Part shown: in pieces, positions 53,701 to 64,000 of the stretch | How positions within the stretch are numbered: the first letter of the stretch is position 1 | Layout: every line of letters starts with the position of its first letter | Assembly (NCBI GenBank): GCA_964016885.1 | Contig: OZ024745.1 | Span: 8,742,001 to 8,806,000, forward strand | DNA from: Eledone cirrhosa | Taxonomy: Eukaryota | Length of the DNA: 64,000 nucleotides | Direction: 5' to 3' | The notes under the pieces: model-generated | The model's database searches: none | What the model was told of the DNA's origin: nothing | What the model saw: the letters and a program-made list of their open reading frames with translations, nothing else | Program-made: the position numbers and the translations under genes

Positions 53701-56700
53701 CATGTAAATAGCCAGCACTAACACTAATGAGTGGTGTGACAACATTGCTTCCATGGAAATAGCCAGGACTAACACTAACGACTGGTATCTCAACATTGCC
53801 TCCATGTAAATAGCCAGGACTAACACTAGTGACTGGTGTGACAATATTGCTTCCTTGTAAATAGCCAGGACTAACACTACTGACTAGTGTGACAACATTG
53901 CTTCCATGTAAATAGCCAGGACAAACACTAATGAATGGTGTGACAAAATTGCTTCCATGTAAATAGCCAGGACTAACACTAATGACTGGTGTGACAACAT
54001 TGCTTCCATATAAATAGCCAGGACTAACACTAATGACTGGTGTGACAATATTGCTACCATGTAAATAGCCAGGACTAACACTAATGACTGGTGTGACAAC
54101 ATTGCTTCCATGTAAATAGCCAGCACTAACACTAATGAGTGGTGTGACAACATTGCTTCCATGTAAATAGCCAGGACTAACACTATTGACTAGTGTGACA
54201 ACATTGCTTCCATTAAATAGACAGGACTAACACTAATGACTAGTGTGACAACATTGTTTCCTTGTAAATAGCCAGGACTAAGACTAATGACTGGTGTGAC
54301 AACGTTGCTTCCATGTAAATAGCCAGGACTAACACTAATGACTAGTGTGACAACATTGTTTCCATTAAATAGACAGGACTAACACTAATGACTAGTGTGA
54401 CAACATTGTTTCCTTGTAAATAGCCAGGACTAAGACTAATGACTGGTGTAACAACATTGCTTGCATGTAAATAGCCAGGACTAACACAAATGACTGGTGT
54501 GACAACATTACTTCCATGTAAATAGCCAGAACTAACACTAATGAGTGGCGTGACAACATTGCTTCCATGTATATAGCCAGGACTAACACTAATGACTGGT
54601 GTGACAACATTGCTTCCATGTAAATAGCCAGGACTAACACTAATGACTAGTGTGACAACATTGCTTCCATGTAAATAGCCAGGATCAACACTAATGAGTG
54701 GTGTGACAACATTGCTTCCTTGTAAATAGCCAGGACTTACACTAATGACTGGTGTGACAACTTTGCTTCCATGTAAATAGCCAGGACTAACACTAATGAC
54801 TAGTGTGACAACATTGCTTCCTTGTAAATAGCCAAGACTATCATTAATGACTAGTGTGACAACATTGCTTCCATGTAAATAGCCAGGTCTAACACTAATG
54901 ACTGGTGTGACAACATTGCTTCCTTGTAAATATCCAGGACTAACACTAATGACTAGTGTGACAACATTGCTTCCTTGTAAATAGCCAAGACTATCATTAA
55001 TGACTAGTGTGACAACATTGCTTCCATGTAAATAGCCAGGTCTAACACTAATGACTAGTGTGACAACATTGCTTCCATGTAAATAGCCAGGACTAACACT
55101 AATGAGTGGTGTGACAACATTGCCTCCATGTAAATAGCCAGTTCTAACACTAATGACTAGTGTGACAACATTGCTTCCTCGTAAATAGCCAGGACTAACA
55201 CTAATGTCTGGTGTGACAACATTGCTTGCATGTAAATAGCCAGGAATAACACTAATGACTGGTGTGACAACATTGCTTCCATGTAAATAGCCAGGACTAA
55301 CACTAATGACTGGTGTGACAACATTGCTTCCATGTAAATAGCCAGGACTAACACTAATGACTGGTGTGACAACATTGCTTCCATGTAAATAGCCAGGACT
55401 AACACTAATGACTAGTGTGACAACATTGCTTCCTTGTAAATAGCCAGGATTATCATTAATGACTAGTGTGACAACATTGCTTCCATGTAAATAGCCAGGA
55501 CTAACACTAATGACTAGTGTGACAATATTGCTTCCTTGTAAATAGCCAGGACAAACACTAATGACTGGTGTGACAATATTGCTACCATGTAAATAGCCAG
55601 GACTAACACTAATGACTGGTGTGACAACATTGCTTCCATATAAATAGCCAGGACAAACACTAATGACAGGTGTGACAATATTGCTACCATGTAAATAGCC
55701 AGGATTAACACTAATGACTGGTGTGACAACATTGCTTCCATGTAAATAGCCAGGACAAACACTAATGACTGGTGTGACAACATTGCTTCCATGTAAATAG
55801 CCAGGACTAACACTAATGACTGGTGTGACAACATTGCCTCCATGTAAATAGCCAGGACAAACACTAATGACTGGTATGTCAACATTGCCTCCATGTAAAT
55901 AGCCAGGACTAACACTAATGACTGGTGTGACAATATTGCTTCCTTGTAAATAGCCAGGACTAACACTAATGACTGGTGTGACAACATTGCTTCCTTGTAA
56001 ATAGCCAGGACTAACACTAATGACTAGTGTGACAACATTGCTTCCATGTAAATAGCCAGGACTAACACTAATGAATGGTGTGACAACATTGCTTCCAAGT
56101 AAATAGCCAGGACTAAAACTAATGACTAGTGTGACAACATTGCTTCCATGTAAATAGCCAGGACTCACACTAATGACTAGTGTGACAACATTGCTTCCTT
56201 GTAAATAGCCAGGACTAACACTAATGACTGGTGTGACAACATTGCTTCCATGTAAATAGCCAGCACTAACACTAATGAGTGGTGTGACAACATTGCTTCC
56301 ATGGAAATAGCCAGGACTAACACTAACGACTGGTATCTCAACATTGCCTCCATGTAAATAGCCAGGACTAACACTAGTGACTGGTGTGACAATATTGCTT
56401 CCTTGTAAATAGCCAGGACTAACACTACTGACTAGTGTGACAACATTGCTTCCATGTAAATAGCCAGGACAAACACTAATGAATGGTGTGACAAAATTGC
56501 TTCCATGTAAATAGCCAGGACTAACACTAATGACTGGTGTGACAACATTGCTTCCATATAAATAGCCAGGACTAACACTAATGACTGGTGTGACAATATT
56601 GCTACCATGTAAATAGCCAGGACTAACACTAATGACTGGTGTGACAACATTGCTTCCATGTAAATAGCCAGCACTAACACTAATGAGTGGTGTGACAACA

Positions 56701-59700
56701 TTGCTTCCATGTAAATAGCCAGGACTAACACTATTGACTAGTGTGACAACATTGCTTCCATTAAATAGACAGGACTAACACTAATGACTAGTGTGACAAC
56801 ATTGTTTCCTTGTAAATAGCCAGGACTAAGACTAATGACTGGTGTGACAACGTTGCTTCCATGTAAATAGCCAGGACTAACACTAATGACTAGTGTGACA
56901 ACATTGTTTCCATTAAATAGACAGGACTAACACTAATGACTAGTGTGACAACATTGTTTCCTTGTAAATAGCCAGGACTAAGACTAATGACTGGTGTAAC
57001 AACATTGCTTGCATGTAAATAGCCAGGACTAACACAAATGACTGGTGTGACAACATTACTTCCATGTAAATAGCCAGAACTAACACTAATGAGTGGCGTG
57101 ACAACATTGCTTCCATGTATATAGCCAGGACTAACACTAATGACTGGTGTGACAACATTGCTTCCATGTAAATAGCCAGGACTAACACTAATGACTAGTG
57201 TGACAACATTGCTTCCATGTAAATAGCCAGGATCAACACTAATGAGTGGTGTGACAACATTGCTTCCTTGTAAATAGCCAGGACTTACACTAATGACTGG
57301 TGTGACAACTTTGCTTCCATGTAAATAGCCAGGACTAACACTAATGACTAGTGTGACAACATTGCTTCCTTGTAAATAGCCAAGACTATCATTAATGACT
57401 AGTGTGACAACATTGCTTCCATGTAAATAGCCAGGTCTAACACTAATGACTGGTGTGACAACATTGCTTCCTTGTAAATATCCAGGACTAACACTAATGA
57501 CTAGTGTGACAACATTGCTTCCTTGTAAATGGCCAAGACTATCATTAATGACTAGTGTGACAACATTGCTTCCATGTAAATAGCCAGGTCTAACACTAAT
57601 GACTAGTGTGACAACATTGCTTCCATGTAAATAGCCAGGACTAACACTAATGAGTGGTGTGACAACAATGCCTCCATGTAAATAGCCAGTTCTAACACTA
57701 ATGACTAGTGTGACAACATTGCTTCCTCGTAAATAGCCAGGACTAACACTAATGACTGGTGTGACAACATTGCTTGCATGTAAATAGCCAGGAATAACAC
57801 TAATGACTGGTGTGACAACATTGCTTCCATGTAAATAGCCAGGACTAACACTAATGACTGGTGTGACAACATTGCTTCCATGTAAATAGCCAGGACTAAC
57901 ACTAATGACTGGTGTGACAACATTGCTTCCATGTAAATAGCCAGGACTAACACTAATGACTAGTGTGACAACATTGCTTCCTTGTAAATAGCCAGGATTA
58001 TCATTAATGACTAGTGTGACAACATTGCTTCCATGTAAATAGCCAGGACTAACACTAATGACTAGTGTGACAATATTGCTTCCTTGTAAATAGCCAGGAC
58101 AAACACTAATGACTGGTGTGACAATATTGCTACCATGTAAATAGCCAGGACTAACACTAATGACTGGTGTGACAACATTGCTTCCATATAAATAGCCAGG
58201 ACAAACACTAATGACAGGTGTGACAATATTGCTACCATGTAAATAGCCAGGATTAACACTAATGACTGGTGTGACAACATTGCTTCCATGTAAATAGCCA
58301 GGACAAACACTAATGACTGGTGTGACAACATTGCTTCCATGTAAATAGCCAGGACTAACACTAATGACTGGTGTGACAACATTGCCTCCATGTAAATAGC
58401 CAGGACAAACACTAATGACTGGTATGTCAACATTGCCTCCATGTAAATAGCCAGGACTAACACTAATGACTGGTGTGACAATATTGCTTCCTTGTAAATA
58501 GCCAGGACTAACACTAATGACTGGTGTGACAACATTGCTTCCTTGTAAATAGCCAGGACTAACACTAATGACTAGTGTGACAACATTGCTTCCATGTAAA
58601 TAGCCAGGACTAACACTAATGAATGGTGTGACAACATTGCTTCCAAGTAAATAGCCAGGACTAAAACTAATGACTAGTGTGACAACATTGCTTCCATGTA
58701 AATAGCCAGGACTCACACTAATGACTAGTGTGACAACATTGCTTCCTTGTAAATAGCCAGGACTAACACAAATGACTGGTGTGACAACATTGCTTCCTTG
58801 TAAATAGCCAGGACTAAAACTAATGACTAGTGTGACAACATTGCTTCCATGTAAATAGCCAGGACTCACACTAATGACTAGTGTGACAACATTGCTTCCT
58901 TGTAAATAGCCAGGACTAACACAAATGACTGGTGTGACAACATTGCTTCCATGTAAATAGCCAGGACTAACACTAATGAATGGTGTGACAACATTGCTTC
59001 CTTGTAAATAGCCAGGACTAAAACTAATAACTAGTGTGACAACATTGCTTCCTTGTAAATAGCCAGGACTAAAACTAATGACTAGTGTGACAACATTGCT
59101 TCCATGTAAATAGCCAGGACTCACACTAATGACTAGTGTGACAACATTGCTTCCTTGTAAATAGCCAGGACTAACACAAATGACTGGTGTGACAACATTG
59201 CTTCCATGTAAATAGCCAGGACTAACACTAATGAATGGTGTGACAAAATTGCTTCCATGTAAATAGCCAGGACTAACACTAATGACTGGTGTGACAACAT
59301 TGCTACCATGTAAATAGCCAGGACTAACACTAAGGACTGGTGTGACAACATTGCTTCCATGTAAATAGCCAGCACTAACACTAATGAGTGGTGTGACAAC
59401 ATTGCTTCCATGGAAATAGCCAGGACTAACACTAACGACTGGTATCTCAACATTGCCTCCATGTAAATAGCCAGGACTAACACTAGTGACTGGTGTGACA
59501 ATATTGCTTCCTTGTAAATAGCCAGGACTAACACTACTGACTAGTGTGACAACATTGCTTCCATGTAAATAGCCAGGACAAACACTAATGAATGGTGTGA
59601 CAAAATTGCTTCCATGTAAATAGCCAGGACTAACACTAATGACTGGTGTGACAACATTGCTTCCATATAAATAGCCAGGACTAACACTAATGACTGGTGT

Positions 59701-62700
59701 GACAATATTGCTACCATGTAAATAGCCAGGACTAACACTAATGACTGGTGTGACAACATTGCTTCCATGTAAATAGCCAGCACTAACACTAATGAGTGGT
59801 GTGACAACATTGCTTCCATGTAAATAGCCAGGACTAACACTATTGACTAGTGTGACAACATTGCTTCCATTAAATAGACAGGACTAACACTAATGACTAG
59901 TGTGACAACATTGTTTCCTTGTAAATAGCCAGGACTAAGACTAATGACTGGTGTGACAACGTTGCTTCCATGTAAATAGCCAGGACTAACACTAATGACT
60001 AGTGTGACAACATTGTTTCCATTAAATAGACAGGACTAACACTAATGACTAGTGTGACAACATTGTTTCCTTGTAAATAGCCAGGACTAAGACTAATGAC
60101 TGGTGTAACAACATTGCTTGCATGTAAATAGCCAGGACTAACACAAATGACTGGTGTGACAACATTACTTCCATGTAAATAGCCAGAACTAACACTAATG
60201 AGTGGCGTGACAACATTGCTTCCATGTATATAGCCAGGACTAACACTAATGACTGGTGTGACAACATTGCTTCCATGTAAATAGCCAGGACTAACACTAA
60301 TGACTAGTGTGACAACATTGCTTCCATGTAAATAGCCAGGATCAACACTAATGAGTGGTGTGACAACATTGCTTCCTTGTAAATAGCCAGGACTTACACT
60401 AATGACTGGTGTGACAACTTTGCTTCCATGTAAATAGCCAGGACTAACACTAATGACTAGTGTGACAACATTGCTTCCTTGTAAATAGCCAAGACTATCA
60501 TTAATGACTAGTGTGACAACATTGCTTCCATGTAAATAGCCAGGTCTAACACTAATGACTGGTGTGACAACATTGCTTCCTTGTAAATATCCAGGACTAA
60601 CACTAATGACTAGTGTGACAACATTGCTTCCTTGTAAATAGCCAAGACTATCATTAATGACTAGTGTGACAACATTGCTTCCATGTAAATAGCCAGGTCT
60701 AACACTAATGACTAGTGTGACAACATTGCTTCCATGTAAATAGCCAGGACTAACACTAATGAGTGGTGTGACAACATTGCTTCTATGTAAATAGCCAGGA
60801 CTAACACTAATGACTGGTGTGACAACATTGCTTTCTTGTAAATAGCCAGGACTAACACTAATGGCTAGTGTGACAACATTGCTTCCATGTAAATAGCCAG
60901 GACTAAGACTAATGACTGGTGTGACAACATTGCTTCCATGCAAATAGCCAGGATCAACACTAATGACTGGTGTGACAACATTGCTTCCATGTATATAGCC
61001 AGGACTAACACTAACGACTGGTGTGACACCATTGCTTCCATGTAAATAGCCAGGACTAACACTAATGACTGGTGTGACAACATTGCTTCCATGTAAATAG
61101 CCAGGACTAACACTAATGACTGGTGTGACAACATTGCTTCCTTGTAAATAGCCAGGACTAACACTAATAACTAGTGTGACAACATTGTTTCCTTGTAAAT
61201 AGCCAGGACTAACACTAATAACTGGTGTGACAACATTGCTTCTATGTAAATAGCCAGGACTAACACTAATGACTGGTGTGACAACATTGCTTCCATGTAA
61301 ATAGCCAGGACTAACGCTAATGTCTGGTGTGACAACATTGCTTCTATGTAAATAGCCAGGACTAACACTAATGACTAGTGTGACAACATTGTTTCCTTGT
61401 AAATAGCCAGTACTAACACTAATGACTGGTGTGACAATATTGCTTCCTTGTAAATAGCCAGGACTAACACTAATGACTAGTGTGACAACATTGTCTCCTT
61501 GTAAATAGCCAGTACTAACACTAATGACTGGTGTGACAATATTGCTTCCTTGTAAATAGCCAGGCTAACACTAATAACTAGTGTGACAACATTGTTTCCT
61601 TGTAAATAGCCAGGACTAACACTAATAACTGGTGTGACAACATTGCTTCCTTGTAAATAGCCAGGACTAACACTAATGACTGGTGTACAACATTGCTTGC
61701 ATGTAAATAGCCAGGACTAACGCTAGTGTCTGGTGTGACAATATTGCATCTATGTAAATAGCCAGGACTAACACTAATGACTAGTGTGACAACATTGTTT
61801 CCTTGTAAATAACCAGTACTAACACTAATGACTGGTGTGACAATATTGCTTCCTTGGAAATAGCCAGGACTAACACTAATAACTGGTGTGACAACATTGC
61901 TTCCTTGTAAATAGCCAGGACTAAAACTAATGACTGGTGTACAACATTGCTTGCATGTAAATAGCCAGGACTAACACTAATGAATAGTGTGACAATATTG
62001 CTTCCTTGTCAATTGCCAGGACTAACACTAATGACTGGTCTGACAACATTGCTTCCATGTAAATAGCCAGGACTAACACTAATAACTGGTGTGACAACAT
62101 TGCTTCCTTGTAAATAGCCAGGACTAACACTAATGACTGGTGTGACAACATTGCTTCCATGTAAATAGCCAGGACTAACACTAATGACTGGGGTGACAAC
62201 ATTGCTTCCATGTAAATAGCCAGGACTAACACTAATGACTGGTGTAACAACATTGCTTCAATGTAAATAGCCAGGACTAACACTAATGACTGATGTGACA
62301 ACATTGCTTCTATGTAAATAACCAGGACTAACACTAATGACTGGTGTGACAACATTGCTTCCATGTAAATAGCCAGGACTAACGCTAATGTCTGGTGTGA
62401 CAATATTGCTTCTATGTAAATAGCCAGGACTAACACTAATGACTAGTGTGACAATATGGTTTCCTTGTAAATAGCCAGTACTAACACTAATGACTGGTGT
62501 GACAATATTGCTTCCTTGTAAATAGCCAGGACTCTCACTAATGACTAGTGTGACAACATTGTTTCCTTGTAAATAGCCAGTACTAACACTAATGACTGGT
62601 GTGACAATATTGCTTCCTTGTAAATAGCCAGGACTAACACTAATAACTGGTGTGACAACATTGCTTCCTTGTAAATAGCCAGGACTAACACTAATGACTG

Positions 62701-64000
62701 GTGTACAACATTGCTTGCATGTAAATAGCCAGGACTAACGCTAATGTCTGGTGTGACAACATTGCATCTATGTAAATAGCCAGGACTAACACTAATGACT
62801 AGTGTGACAACATTGTTTCCTTGTAAATAGCCAGTACTAACACTAATGACTGGTGTGACAATATTGCTTCCTTGGAAATAGCCAGGACTAACACTAATAA
62901 CTGGTGTGACAACATTGCTTTCATGTTAATAGCTAGGACTAACACTAATGACTGGTGTACAACATTGCTTGCATGTAAATAGCCAGGACTAACACTAATG
63001 AATAGTGTGACAATATTGCTTCCTTGTAAATTGCCAGGACTAACATTAATGACTGGTCTGACAACATTGCTTCCATGTAAATAGCCAGGACTAACACTAA
63101 TGACTAGTGTGACAACATTGCTTCCTTGTAAATAGCCAGGACTAACACTAATGACTGGTGTGACAACATTGCTTCCATGCAAATAGCCAGGATCAACACT
63201 AATGACTGGTGTGACAACATTGCTTCTTTGTAAATAGTCAGGACTAAAACTAATGACTAGTGTGACAACATTGTTTCCATGTAAATAGCCAGGACTAACA
63301 CTAATGACTGGTGTGACAATAGTGGTCCCTTGTAAATAGCCAGGATCAACACTAATGACTGGTGTGACAACATTGCTTTCTTGTATATAGCCAGGACTAA
63401 CACTAAAGGCTAGTGTGACAACATCGCTTCCATGTAAATAGCCAGGACTAACACTAATGACTGGTGTGACAACATTGCTTCCATGCAAATAGCCAGGATC
63501 AACACTAATGACTGGTGTGACAACATTGCTTCCATGTATATAGCCAGGACTAACACTAACGACTGGTGTGACAACATTGCTTCCATGTAAATAGCCAGGA
63601 CTGACACTGATGACTGGTGTGACAACATTGCTTCCATGTAAATAGCCAGGACTAACACTAATGACTGGTGTGACAACATTGCTTCTATGTAAATAGCCAG
63701 GACTAACACTAATGTCTAGTGTGACAACATTGCTTCTATGGAAATAGCCAGGACTAACACTAATGACTGATGTGACAACATTGCTTCTATGTAAATAGCC
63801 AGGACTAACACTAATGACTGGTGTGACAACATTGCTTCCATGTAAATAGCCAGGACTAACGCTAATGACTGGTGCACAACATTGCTTGCATGTAAATAGC
63901 CAGGACTAACGCTAATGTCTGGTGTGACAACATTGCATCTATGTAAATAGCCAGGACTAACACTAATGACTAGTGTGACAACACTTTTTCCTTGTAAATA
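44709..64000. repeat. 51-bp satellite array (~375-380 monomers, runs off the window end) with higher-order duplications
   Basis: Consensus ACTAATGACTGGTGTGACAACATTGCTTCCATGTAAATAGCCAGGACTAAC. Occasional 49-50 bp monomers. Variant strings recur at multi-kb offsets. Confidence 0.97.

Noticed and set aside
44815-63709. MLVLAIYMEAMLSHQS-repeat ORFs as membrane proteins
   Set aside because: An alternative frame of the satellite, broken whenever the common CTAG variant creates a stop.
44709-64000. CRISPR array
   Set aside because: Head-to-tail 51-bp monomers with no unique spacers, no cas genes, and a eukaryotic context.

Overview
This is a repeat-dominated eukaryotic window. It is AT-rich and microsatellite-dense, and its SINE families resemble those of octopus/cephalopod genomes (inference). 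I found no convincing host gene, and most ORFs in the track are microsatellite or satellite artefacts. Bases 1-37.2 kb are a graveyard of mobile DNA: at least five 5'-truncated Penelope-like elements (PLEs; RT thumb and/or GIY-YIG endonuclease), a near full-length R4/Dong-type LINE with a restriction-like endonuclease, an RTE fragment, two non-autonomous Helitrons, tRNA-derived SINEs and a ~1.7 kb tandem triplication. Bases 44.7-64 kb are a 51-bp satellite with higher-order duplications. The most striking feature not explained by the ORF track is that most short unique islands between (TA)n runs are PLE-terminus-like units. They carry minimal type I hammerhead ribozymes (stem I-CUGANGA-stem II-GAAA-palindromic stem III-NUH-stem I, often followed by AATAAA). 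I read about 20 such motifs from roughly 10-12 distinct families, many arranged as fold-back hairpins. In at least two families the fold-back axis sits on what appears to be ribozyme stem II. All structures were paired by eye, not computed.
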